Source: Oikopleura dioica (lineage: Eukaryota; Animalia; Chordata). Taken from it: DNA of 64,000 nucleotides. A program made the position numbers and the translations under genes. This document shows positions 24,108 to 35,306 of this stretch, one piece after another (the stretch's first letter is position 1; each line of letters opens with the position of its first letter). The stretch lies in assembly GCA_907165135.1 (NCBI GenBank), contig OU015566.1, forward strand, positions 2,604,001 to 2,668,000, given 5' to 3'. Under the pieces are notes generated by a model. The model searched no databases. It had not been told where the DNA came from and saw nothing but the letters and a program-made list of their open reading frames with translations.

Positions 24108-24726
24108 ATGCTGGCTCGTGCTTCAAAACAGCTTCTTAGGACGAGAATAAGCTCGAATTATGTTCTCGCTCGAGTCGTTGATGGAGAACTTCAGGAAGCA
24201 AAGATTGATTTGACCAAGACTTCATCAACAAAAGATACTCGGGAGAGCTACGGATTCCAGGGCTCCATTTGGGCAGAAGTGAACGTCAATAACTCTGAAA
24301 TGTTCGCTCAAGTTGGCGAAGTCTTCTCAAAAGAAGCTAGTGGCCGGTTAGGTAAATAGACAACTTTTATGGACTGAACCCGACACAAATGTTGTTTTCA
24401 GGCAAAATTGTGTCAGACAAAAACGGAGAAAGCTGTATTCATCCCCTTGACGTCCCTATTGAAGAGCAAAAAGTGATAGAATTCGACTTGGCCGATGTTA
24501 ACGAAGAGCAACTTGTTCGAACTAAAAACACTCGCTACCAATTCGACACTGTCAAGGACCAGGATGGATTTATCAGAGCCGTTAATATTCATCGACTACG
24601 TAGGAGAATCATTTTTCTTCTCTTTCATCATCACTTTTTCTAGCGAAATCGCAGCTCAAGAAGTTAAACGCGGCTTGGGACGAAACTCAGGAAGAAAATC
24701 TAATTTCTTTGTACAGTTATTCTTAA
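24108..24726 (+). CDS. Small putative mitochondrial cold-shock/OB-fold-like protein, paralog 3
   Basis: MLARASKQLLRTRISSNYVLARVVDGELQEAKID...RYQFDTVKDQDGFIRAVNIHRL...; starts 50 nt after the paralog 2 stop, with TAG|A directly before the ATG. Confidence 0.65.
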
Positions 24727-24759
24727 CTTTTATTAAAATAAAGAGCTCAAATGAACAAA

Positions 24760-25761
24760 TCATGGCGCGATGACGAAAGTCGAGCAGCATTGGGAAAACA
24801 AAAAGGGCTTCCATGAATTCACCTGTCTCGATCGCAAGTTGTCCCTGTCCCAGTGATAGAAGTACTGAAAGTTGCAGATGAACAAGGAAAAACCTTTAGA
24901 CTCTAAAGTTAAGAGGGAGTACCTTCAGATCAAGAGCGTCAGCTTCGTTGTCAGGAGAAGTGTAGATAGTGAATCCAACACGGTTGAAAATTTGTTCGGG
25001 AGAATCCGTCATGAACCTTTTTAGATGTTTTGTAAAACAAATCTATTTCAAGAAATCAAGGAAACAAAACGCTCCTTTCATCGCACCAGGTGATAGCAAT
25101 ATGCACATTTTCTGACCTTCGCAAAGTTACTTTCCGTCTTATCTAATTGTTCCTTACCCTCCTTTACTAGCCATTTGTGTGCCTAAATCGCCAACCCAAG
25201 CGTCTCTCAAAAGGTCTGCCTTGCCACAAGCTACGTTTTTCGTTAACCGGGCGATGTCGACTTCCTCTGATCTTGGGGTGAAATCGAATTCGGGATCAGA
25301 ATGAGAAATATTCCACTTTGTATGAATGAACTTTGGCCTTCTTCTTGTGCTGATTCCAAGTGAGACCTTTTTTTGTTAAAGAAAATTGTTGAATATTTTC
25401 TCACCTCGATTCCGTACATAACCCGATCAGGCAAAACCGATACCGCTTTCGCCAAAATCAAGCTTGAATCCGGCGAGCAAGGATACCCCAAATCCGCTGA
25501 ATCCTGACAATACAGGGCTCTGAACACTTCGCCGACGGAATTCATCTGCTCATCACTCTCTTTTCCTTCAAAAGCCAGGCAGAAATACGCTTTATTCTTT
25601 GCGTCAGCCAAGAAAGCGGGAAAAAACTCGTCGTTCATGGTTTGACAAGCGGCTGGTAGGGTTTCCGCGCGGCGAAGAACCCAGTCGCCGAATTCTTTAA
25701 AGTTTTCTCGCCAGTCTGCGTTAACAGAAGCAGAACAAAAAAGAAGTATTTTGAAAATCAT
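24760..25761 (-). CDS. Secreted hypothetical protein (multi-exon)
   Basis: Signal MIFKILLFCSASVNA; exon-like segments 25761-~25405, ~25300-25160, ~25015-24921 and 24866-24760 joined by short introns. Confidence 0.65.
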
Positions 25762-25829
25762 GTTTATTCAATTCATTAGTTCGTGAACACAGTTTTAGTT
25801 TGATGAACAGTTGGGAGATTTCTCATCAT

Positions 25830-26140
25830 AAACGAGTAACTTCAGACTCCAAAGAATCCACCAAGCATCTTTAAGAAAAAAACGATTATTATCTAGTAGA
25901 CTCCGATATTCCCATGTAACATGGGCCATGTTACATGGGCCATGTAGTTTAACATAGCTCTAGCTTTACCTGGTAATACTTCGTTGGATCAGTTTCAAGC
26001 AGATTTCCCTGCTCATCCCTACTCATCTCTTCCAGTATCATTTCATCCATCGCCATTTCCGCTGATGTCGGCGGAGGGAGAGGAAGATAGTTTGCAACCA
26101 CTACAACTTGTATCGTCGAAAACAGGAAAAGACCTCTCAT
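25830..26140 (-). CDS. Short secreted acidic peptide-like gene
   Basis: MRGLFLFSTIQVVVVANYLPLPPPTSAEM...KYYQ|gtaaag, with a probable short second exon near 25870-25845. Confidence 0.4.
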
Positions 26141-26575
26141 AATCTTCGATTCGTGTTCTTTGAAAACTTTAGCTTCCAGGCGGCTTATATAGTCCCCTGA
26201 TTCCTGTTTTCCGCATTCGAGTGCTTGTTTGAAAGCGTTTAGAATGTACTTGTAGCGATTTATATTTAATAACTAGCAGGGAAATTAAGCAAGCGCGAAC
26301 TGGAATACGGTACTTCGTCTTTGAGCCACCCTTGGAGAAGCTTGCATCTGTGTTCAAGACCCTGTGTAGAAAACCTGAGTCGGCGTTTCTTGCAAATTTT
26401 TGGGATGAAAGTGAATCGAAGGGAAAAAGTTTATTTATAATCAAATTTATGAATACAAAGAATTGGTGCTTGGAAAAAGAAAACAAGAAGTATTTGTTTA
26501 CGTATGAGAACATGTAGTTTTTTTATGGCAGTTAGGTCAGCAGTAAGTTATTAAATATTCTAGCGACCATTTTCA

Positions 26576-28102
26576 TCAGGGCGAGGAGGCGATACTTCCG
26601 GATAGAGATGAATCACTGTTGCTTGAATTCTCTTGGTCGAGTTTGAAGCTTTGATGGAGTAGTCGAATCTTTAGTTGGCGCAAATTCGTGATGACGGAAA
26701 TCAAAGTCTAACGAAAAATAATCAAATTGTCGGAAAAAAAGAAATTACCGGAATGAGTTGAGAGCGAATTCTTGCGTTTTTCTTGCATTTGAAAAAGTTT
26801 TCAAAAGCAACTGCTAGTTGATGTTGAATTTCTTCGACTGTTTCGGACTCGACAAGATCTCGCCTGTCATCGGAAAATAAGCTAAAAAGAAGCTAGAGGA
26901 AGAAAACTGTTGAAAATTCTTACCAGAGAGCGAATAAAAGCGCGGTTTCTTCCTTTCGAAGTTGAAGTCGAAAAAGTTTCTGGTGTAAATTGAGGTAGCT
27001 GTCGATGATCTCCTGAATTTAAAAATATAAACAGCCCCCTAATCGGCTGCTTTTCAACTTACAGGCGTCAAGATATAATCTGCCTTGAGCTTGAATTTTT
27101 TGTCCATGAACAAAAACGACTCATCTGCTGCATTGAATCTCGTATTCATCTAAAAACGAACATTATTTCTTAAAAAAACGGCGGCAAACCTTGAGAATAA
27201 AAATCTCGAGAAGACAGCCTCGTAGAAGAATATGCTGATCGACTTGGTGTACTTTTTCCAAGCTTTGAATTCGTGTCTAGCAGACAAAATTAAACCTCAA
27301 GAACTGAAAAAATTCCTTACCGAGAAGTCGATTATTTGCAAATAATCCTCGAGAAGCGCGCTTTTCAATCCATTATATTGCGAATTGAGAACTTGAAAAT
27401 TTCAATAATTTTGAAGATACGAATCTATCTCTTACGGGAGCCGATTTCTTCGTCCACTAAAGAGATTCTAGCATCAGCAATTCTTCCATTATTCGTGGCG
27501 ATTTTGATGACCGACCGGTGCTTTGGAGGAGTAGGCAGGAGACGGAAAAGGATTTGGTTCATCGAGTTGTCTTCTATCAGACAATCGGAAGCCTAAAATT
27601 TTCCCTAATGAGAACAGAAGAAAAAACTTACCCATGGGAATTTTTCAAGGCTTTGCTGTCTCCTGATGATTCGAAATTTATGCGGCAAAACGGGTAAATG
27701 GACGAATGCATCCAAGTAAGCTCCAACAACTGAGCTGACCAAATCCAATTCGTCCTTTTCTAGCGCTGGCTGGCTAAGCACTGCCCGTCGAAGTTTATTC
27801 TTCTCGATCACTTTTCGTTTTTCCTTGATTTCGTTGTCGCTCATGATGCATTCTCGCTTCATGCCAACTGCGAGACACTTTTCCCAGCGACAGTACGAGC
27901 AGGATCGTCGATTGACCCTGCTGATTTCGCAGTTTTTCGCAAAAGCACAAGCGAACCGCTTGCCTCCTTTGACCGATCGCCGGAAGAATCCCTTGCATCC
28001 TTCGCAAGTCATTGCATTGAAGTGGTATCCAGTTGCTTTGTCGCCGCAAACTCGACACATTTTCCATTCGGAATCGGGGATTTCCGATTCTTGGATTTTC
28101 AC
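26576..28102 (-). CDS. VDR/PXR-like: Nuclear receptor, NR1I (VDR/PXR/CAR)-like
   Basis: DBD CRVCGDKATGYHFNAMTCEGCKGFFRRS; LBD exons incl. VDQHILLRGCLLEIFILK, LQLRKEETALLFAL and LISVITNLRQL; stop at 26576. Confidence 0.92.
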
Positions 28103-29031
28103 ATGATTTTTTGTCGTTGCACTAAAAACTCTTTTTGATTTCCTTTTTCATAAAAAAATTTTTCATAAAGAATTTTTTTGAATAAATTTGGATTACATCA
28201 GAATGCTACTGGATCGATAATTCGCTGACGACATCGTGTCTCCTTTTTTCAGCGTATCTGGGTCAACAAATAATGCCCAGGTCACCTCGTGTCTATTTTT
28301 TGGCCCGGGTGACGATTTATTCCGCGACCTTGGATGATCTTTACCGCGAACGAAATCGATTTGGCTGTTTTTCGTGCTTTTTTCAAAGAATATACCGCCG
28401 TTTCATTTTGAGTGTGTGCACTCTCTTTTTGGTGACAAAAATCAAGCCTTTTCTGTCACGAAAAAAGTGAACTCTTTTTTCTTGCACCTCTTTTAACTTT
28501 CCGCGTCACCTCAGAAAATCGACGGCGTCGGCGTTGCACAAGTTCCCAGGCCACGAGCGCGTACCTCGAGCCTTTTCATCCGGCGGCAATGTTAATCCCT
28601 CTTTCACGGATCGTGATTTAACTCCAGCATAAAATCTTATTTTATGAATATTTTGAAAGTAAAAATACCATCATATTAATCAGCGTGATTCCAGCATTCT
28701 TATGGTACCAAAAACTTGATATCGATCTTTTGGAGTAAAACTGGGGCATGATCTCCCGCCGCGAATGTAGCTAAAACCGTCCGGAAATAGCTAATTTTAT
28801 CAAGATAAACAGCTATGGATCGAACCTTGGTGGTTTCCTTGCACATAAATACTCCACGAGAAGTCCATTCTTGTCCGGAAGTCAAAAAACTGTAATTTTT
28901 AAAAGTTAATTTGGAATTTTAACCTAAAAAGAGAGCTCAAAGAAAATAAAGAGAGTTGAGAAGAAGATGCTGCTCGACGAGATTCCTCCATGAGTAAGTT
29001 TTAGAAGACAATCAGGAAAGGAAAACCAAAG

Positions 29032-30774
29032 ATGAAAGGAGGAACTAAAATTTCTGCGAATGCCAGACAGAATTATAAAAGAAAATTAGATAAAATTCAT
29101 AAACTAATGAAAGAAGCCGTCGAAATCGACGGTTATGAAGACCGAATTCTCTCTTTAACCGTTGTTTCTTGTTCGCTTGAAAATCGTGGCTCTGAAGCGA
29201 GAGAAATCATCGCTCAGGGAAAAAACGCGTTTGAAGCTAGAGCCTCCAAGAAAAGAAAAGCAGAGGCACTTTTGCTTGACGAAACAGTCAATGCCCAAGA
29301 ATTAAATCAAACAGTAGCTGAACTTCCACCAGATTCAGAAGAAGAGTATTTCTGGCTCGATCCAAAATTACAAGCAAGAGCAGACGCGCTAGACCCTTTT
29401 GAAATTCCACCTCTCCCACAATTAAACACCCGAGCCGATTTTGCCGAGCTGCACACGACCGAAATGGGTCAAATTCAAAGAGAAGCCCTCTTCGATAATT
29501 TAGATAAATATAAAAAGTATGGACCAGCCATGTTTGAAGAACATGCTAATAAAAAGTTACGCTTACTTTACAGAAAGCATGAAATGTTTTCTGGGCAAGT
29601 TAAAGATCATTGTTTCGTTATCCGAAGCTCTAACAGGCAAATCTGGTGGCTTTCAAAAAGGGATAGACCAAAACTCGAATCTGTTTTTAACAAAAAAACC
29701 AAGCTAGAGCGAGCTATCCCAGATGACCCATCGCTTTTAGAACTCGTAACAAATGTCGAAAACGATCTCATTGCGCAAAGAGCGACAAGTTACAGGCAAA
29801 GTTCTAGCCTTAAATTAGCCCTTTCGAGACAGGGAGTTGATTATGATGACACTTCTCTATACAATAAAGTTTATCGAATCCTCCTTCAGAGCAAATGGAC
29901 ATGCGGCAATCTTGAGCCTGTCAAGCCATGCGTACCGGAGTCAACTCGAGTTGAACGTTTAAATTTCGCCCACTGGGTCCGGGAAAAATACTCAAAAGAC
30001 AGAAATTTTCATGATAAAATAATCCATTCTGATGAATGTAGCGTTATGTTAAATTGCACTAATGATCAAAATTTCAAAGCCTGGCGTCAGAAGGGCGAAA
30101 TATTAGCTCCTAGCGAGTTTAAAGTAAAGCGCTCTGCAACAATAATGGTCTGGGCGGCGGTGTCGATAAATTATAAATCAGAATTAATTTTTTTCTTAGA
30201 AGAATCGAAAAGAACATTAAAGGGCGTTGAAAAAACAATTTACAAAAGCCTTACATGTGGGTCAACGGAATACAAAAACATCGTTTTGGAGCCCTTTTTT
30301 CGAGATTTAGAGGCTAAAGGAATGATTAAAAATAACAAATTAGACGGAAAATTTTACGCTCAAGACGGGGCCCCATCACACACGGCTTCATCAACTCTGG
30401 ATTTTATTGATGATAAGATCGGCCTTGAAAATTGTATCACGAAAACAAAAGCTTATAAAAAACGACCAGACTTGGCGGAAAAAGCAGCGACAGTGTGGCC
30501 AGCTTCAAGTCCAGATATTAATCCTATGGATTATTCAATTTGGAATACACTTAAGCGAAAAGCAAAAATGATTCTTGGATCTCAAGGATATTTTAAAAGC
30601 CTAGAAGAAGCTAAAACGATTCTTGCTCAGGCGTGGAATGAAATTCCACAGGAGCAGATTGATAGAGTCTGCGCCGGTTTTGAGCGGCGGTGTGAGGATA
30701 TCATCCGCGGTGATGGCCATTTTCGTGAGGGAACTCCTCTTAATCGAGGCGCCTATGGAAGTCAGCAAAAGTAA
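29032..30774 (+). CDS. DDD transposase (maT/DD37D-like motifs, long N-terminal extension)
   Basis: 580-aa ORF with IIHSDEC, YAQDGAPSHT and WPASSPDINPMDYSIWNTLK. Confidence 0.95.
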   Translation: MKGGTKISANARQNYKRKLDKIHKLMKEAVEIDGYEDRILSLTVVSCSLENRGSEAREIIAQGKNAFEARASKKRKAEALLLDETVNAQELNQTVAELPPDSEEEYFWLDPKLQARADALDPFEIPPLPQLNTRADFAELHTTEMGQIQREALFDNLDKYKKYGPAMFEEHANKKLRLLYRKHEMFSGQVKDHCFVIRSSNRQIWWLSKRDRPKLESVFNKKTKLERAIPDDPSLLELVTNVENDLIAQRATSYRQSSSLKLALSRQGVDYDDTSLYNKVYRILLQSKWTCGNLEPVKPCVPESTRVERLNFAHWVREKYSKDRNFHDKIIHSDECSVMLNCTNDQNFKAWRQKGEILAPSEFKVKRSATIMVWAAVSINYKSELIFFLEESKRTLKGVEKTIYKSLTCGSTEYKNIVLEPFFRDLEAKGMIKNNKLDGKFYAQDGAPSHTASSTLDFIDDKIGLENCITKTKAYKKRPDLAEKAATVWPASSPDINPMDYSIWNTLKRKAKMILGSQGYFKSLEEAKTILAQAWNEIPQEQIDRVCAGFERRCEDIIRGDGHFREGTPLNRGAYGSQQK

Positions 30775-31255
30775 AAAGCCGCGGTGCGGCTTTTATTTTG
30801 GAAAAATTTTAGACAAATCAGATTTTAGAAAAAAAAATCGACCTAGTCTGTAAAAAGATTTTTTCTACCGCCGCCCATATTTTGCCCCTTTAAAAAAAAA
30901 GCCGCGGCGAGGCTTTTAATTTTACTGGTCATTGGCCCGCTTTTTAAAAAAAGGCTCTGCGATACTGCCGCAGCGTCTTTTCCAGGGGTTTTTTATTGCA
31001 GTTTTTTTTCGCCCCTTTAAAAAGAAGCCGCGGCGCGGCTTTTAATTTTTTCGCCCCTGGTCCTCTTATTTAAAAAAAATTCTCTGCGATACTGCCGCAG
31101 CGTCTTTTCCCTCCGGGGTTTTTTATGGCAGTTTTTTTTTGTCCCTTGAAAAAGCCGCGCTGCGGCTTTCAACTTTTTTTTCAAAAATCGACTTTTTCCC
31201 CCATCCGCGTTCTCTTCGGCTTCGATTTCAAAAAAGCCGCGTAGCGGCTTTTCAT
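30775..31255. repeat. Degenerate ~125-bp tandem repeat, each unit with an AAAAGCCGC-N3-GCGGCTTTT hairpin
   Basis: Hairpin copies at about 30775, 30898, 31024, 31150 and 31233; inter-hairpin sequences are also similar to each other. Confidence 0.85.
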
Positions 31256-33653
31256 TTTAGCTCTTCAGAACCTGACTCAGGTTTTCAACACAAGTTGCCG
31301 AGCCCAGCTAGCCGCCGTCTTCAGGTAAGGAAAATAAATTAAAACTGTTAAAAATTATTCAAGGAATAAAGCAGAGTTCGAAATCTGGCGAAAAATCTCT
31401 GCCCCTGCTGTTTCCTTGCTCCTCTGTGTCTCCATTTTACTGCTTATTCTAATCTAACTGTTTCGAATAAAAATAAAAAGAATTTTACAGAAAAATGTCT
31501 CTGGGTTGTCAAGGGAAGTCTCAGAAGCGAATGATTTTTCAAAACATAAAGCCGGCCCATCTAGAAAAATTTTCAATAACAACGTCTAGAAAATCCAGGC
31601 GCCCGCCGCTTTGCATTCGAAACAATTTTTGATTCTCATCGCTCGTAAAAAATTATCGAAATTACACGATGATTGGTATTAAAATATTGGTTGTTTTATG
31701 GAAAGAACGATTCCACAAATTATTTTCTGTAATTATTTAATTCTCAGGAAACAAATTTTTGGGTAATTATTCAGCTGTGAAATGTGACCGGGGGATTCTT
31801 TGAAGGGATTAGCGCCCGACGCCGGAGCCACTTTCCGCCCTGGGCGAGAGTTGGAAAAGTCCAAAAGCGAAATTTCTCCTGGGCCTTGCGCCCGAGCGCC
31901 CTCCCCCATGTGCACACACTCGAAATGAAACGGCGGTATGAACTTTGGAAGACATCGATAATTTTTTATTTCGGGTTCACAAGAATAACTTATTGCTTAT
32001 TTACAAATGACTTTGAAAGATTGAAAAATTTAAGGGTAAAAATATCGAAAATGACGATTCTTTAGTAGATTTTTCTCCGAAATTTAGTTGAAATTTATTG
32101 ATAAAAACACGGCTGAACATCAAAAGAAATCTCTTTCCATGAAAATCTCGGATTCCTGCGTCTAACCCTAAATTTTTAATTTCTTGAAGAAGCACGATCT
32201 GATTATGAACATTTTTGTCAATAAAATGACTTGAAATAACTTGAAAAAGTTACGAGTTCAAAAATGAACTCTTTTCTTTTCTCTTTCTCTTTGTCCCACT
32301 TTTTTCATACCTTTCATTTTCCATTTTTTCACCGTTTTTTCGATTTTTCGGATTTTAAATTTTTCGATTTTCTTGAAAAAGTTCAAATTTGTGAAATGAA
32401 GTGCTTGTTTGAAAAGGTCTGGGGCCTTTGAATATCATCGGGACGGGCTGCTCTCCTTTCTGGCTGTCTATATTTTTGCTGTCTATTTTTTCTACCGTTC
32501 AATTTCGACTCGAATCTGCCTCGATTTGACCCCCTTTTCGGCCCAACAAAAGGTCAAAATGATGTTTTGAGTCGAAAAGGGCCGTTTGAACTTTTAAAAC
32601 TTTCAAATTTCTTGAAATAAAAGGCGAAAAAAAGATAAAATTCGAACGAGCTTGAACTTTTGAATCGCCAGAGGGGCGCTTGGACTAGTTACGTAACTTC
32701 TTTCCGCGGAGTTGTTAAAATTGAGCCTCGGCGATTTTGAAAAGAGCTCAACTTGAATGACATCGTAGTGAATTCAAGTAACTCGTGTTAAATGAGCACC
32801 AAATGAGTCATTATTTTGACGCTAGAACTGCGCGAAATAACGTTATTTCTGTGGAAACCTGACATTTTTAAGGTCGTCAACAGCGATTTAGGCAGTGACT
32901 AAATAATAAGCGATATGATCCATATCATATGGACACCCTTAATTTAGAAACTATCGTTAATAATAAAGAAGCTGAAATCTTTTACTGCAAGTCAAGTTTA
33001 AAGTAAAAATGCTAAGCTAGAATTAAAATTAATTATAAATATGAAGCCTTTTCGAAAAAAAAAACGATTTTTCTTTTCAAAATTATGGGAGAAAAGCTGC
33101 TGAGAAAAATTGAACTTTCTCTTAGGGGCAAAAAAGAGGCGTCACAATAAGGATATCAGACAATTAAATAGGGTGTCCGTATTGTGCGAACTAAGTATTT
33201 CTTGAGTTTCAGTCTATAAGACCTCGTTCGCCTCGACGCGTACACTGGCGATCGATCCGATTGTTTTCTTATCCTTTCCAAAAAACAATCTAGTAGACAT
33301 TCGCCTTGAATCTAGACAGTTATGCAATAATTCTATCGTTTTTCAGACTTCGAAACCGTTGACCGCTGACCTAGAAATTAAAACATTACCACATCAATAT
33401 TCAATTTTCTCTGGCAAGCATATTTTCTTGTTAATTTTTTGATCAAATCTGAGTTCAAAATATAACACCGTATGAATTTTCTCTGTATTAATTATCGGTA
33501 TCACAAGAATAAGAAACAGAATTTTCATTTTCTTTGCAGAAGTTTGATTTCGCCTGAAATTCCCTCTTGTTCACTCTCGGAGATTTCAGAGTGATAGAAG
33601 TTTCGATTGACGTCGGAAAGTTCACCACGGTTATTTGCTTGATGAAAACGTTG

Positions 33654-35200
33654 TCAGCTTCCATTTTCGAGTCGATGCTCTTTTGCCCGCCCCAATGAGT
33701 CGAGTACGGTTGCGAGTGATTGACTGTGGATTGGCGGGTTCGAAACTGATTGGCATTTGTTAATTGAACTAGAAATCATCAAAGTTACCTTGGAGTATAA
33801 TCTGAAATGGTGAAAATATGCGATTGGAGTCAAGGAGAAATACGAAACAGCCATAACCCTAGCAGCGTAAAGAAGCCAACTAATGATCACGTGCTCAAGA
33901 AACCAATTCGTCGCAAAGGATCTTGAAATATCAATCAAATAAGTTGGGAACCAGCCAATTGTGAACAATATACAGTCGGACATGTTGTAGCGATAAAGCA
34001 TCGTCATCAACGAAGAACCTGATTTTTCCGAACGACCTCTAGAATTATTTGACTTTTTGTTTTCAAGAGAAATTTACATGTGCCGTCGAGAAACATTTCG
34101 TTGAATCAGATTTTTAGACGTGCTTTTGTTTCCCTTTTTCTTTTTGACCTTGAAATCGTTCGATGATATTTTTATCACCACAAGCGCCAGTAAAGAGCAT
34201 AAAGAAGGGATCAAGTACAAGCAGCAAAAGAGGAGGAATTTGTAGTTTTGCTGGATTTTGTGGTAGGAAGAGGCTGAAAATGATCAAGATCGAGGGCATT
34301 TCGGAAATTTGGAGGGCTTTTTCGAGTCAAAACGGTCAAACTGGATCGACTTATCCTTATTAACGGTGATTGACCAGGAAAAAGCGTCTAAAAATGACGT
34401 CTTGGATCATTTCCTGGCATGCACATTCCACAGATGTCGTCGTACCAGAAGCCAATGGGCGAGGCCATTAGCACTGGCAACGAAATCACGACAAAGCGGA
34501 TCATATCTTATCCAGGGTCAATTAAATCAATCTAAAGCAGAATGCTGTTGAAGCTCATTTTATAGTGAATGACCCGTCTTTTTATAGCATGAGAAACTGG
34601 TCAGTGTTTCGCGTTTTAGCGGACTGATGATGCCAATTGACCGATCTTTTCGTAAATAAATTTGAATAATAATGCTGTTAACAGTCAATACCTATGACCA
34701 TTGCAAGATTCGAAAAGATAGAAACTCCAGAACAGACATAAATCCAGGTCATTCCAATTTTACAGATCTGAATAAATAAGAAATTAATGCTGAGCATCGT
34801 TTTTGGGGCCTCGAATTTGAGAAGTTCTTACCAATGATCCTTGACTCCAAGAAGGAGAGACAAGTACAAAAGCGTCGATTGGAACAGTAATGACAAGATA
34901 CGAAATCGCGAAAATCGAATTTATCCTGACCATCGATGATGTCCAGCTTTTGTTGTTATTGAGGAGGAATAACTGAAGACTGTGCCCAATCAATCCAACA
35001 ATCGCTTTTTATAAGGATTTGCATGATGCATCCCATTATGGGATCATTTTTTTATATAAGGAGAATCAATCTATATTGCGTATTCCTTGACAATAATCAC
35101 GATAATCAGGGCGACGAAGTAGTCCTGCCATCTCGTATCAAATTTATTCACCCAGTCAGATTCAGACCCATTATTTGAGTCTGGAAGGTGTTTTCTAATT
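33654..35200 (-). CDS. Rhodopsin-family (class A) GPCR, divergent
   Basis: TM1 IVGLIGHSL; TM2-ECL1 ...VPIDAFVLVSPSWSQG; DRY-like KDRSIGIISPLK; TM5-like FLLFCCLYLIPSLCSLL; TM6 LFTIGWFP; TM7 SYFSLTPIAY. Exon joins and start are approximate. Confidence 0.7.
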
Positions 35201-35269
35201 TGTTATTTATGAGAATTATGGTGGTAGTCAAGAAGGGTCGGAGACAGTCAACGAGGTAGACTTCGGTTA

Positions 35270-35306
35270 TTCAGGGTAAGGGTTAGGGCTAGGGTTAGGG
35301 TTAGAG
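35270..35306 (+). repeat. Degenerate interstitial telomeric-type repeat (TTAGGG-like x5-6)
   Basis: TCAGGGTAAGGGTTAGGGCTAGGGTTAGGGTTAGAG. Confidence 0.7.

Larger units (their letters stand above)
28395..31936 (+). mobile_element. Full-length IS630-Tc1-mariner superfamily transposon (3542 bp)
   Basis: 27-bp TIR CCGCCGTTTCATTT(T/C)GAGTGTGTGCAC at 28395-28421 and 31910-31936; TA at 28393-94 and 31937-38; intact transposase ORF inside. Confidence 0.95.

Noticed and set aside
25910-25947. Short CCCATGTAACATGGG palindromic duplication (and similar ATATGA/TCATAT palindromes at ~32912 and ~46870)
   Set aside because: Too short to assign; likely generic intronic micro-repeats.
30775-31255. CRISPR-like array of spaced palindromes
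   Set aside because: The spacers are copies of each other (tandem duplication), the locus is inside a eukaryotic transposon, and there are no cas genes.
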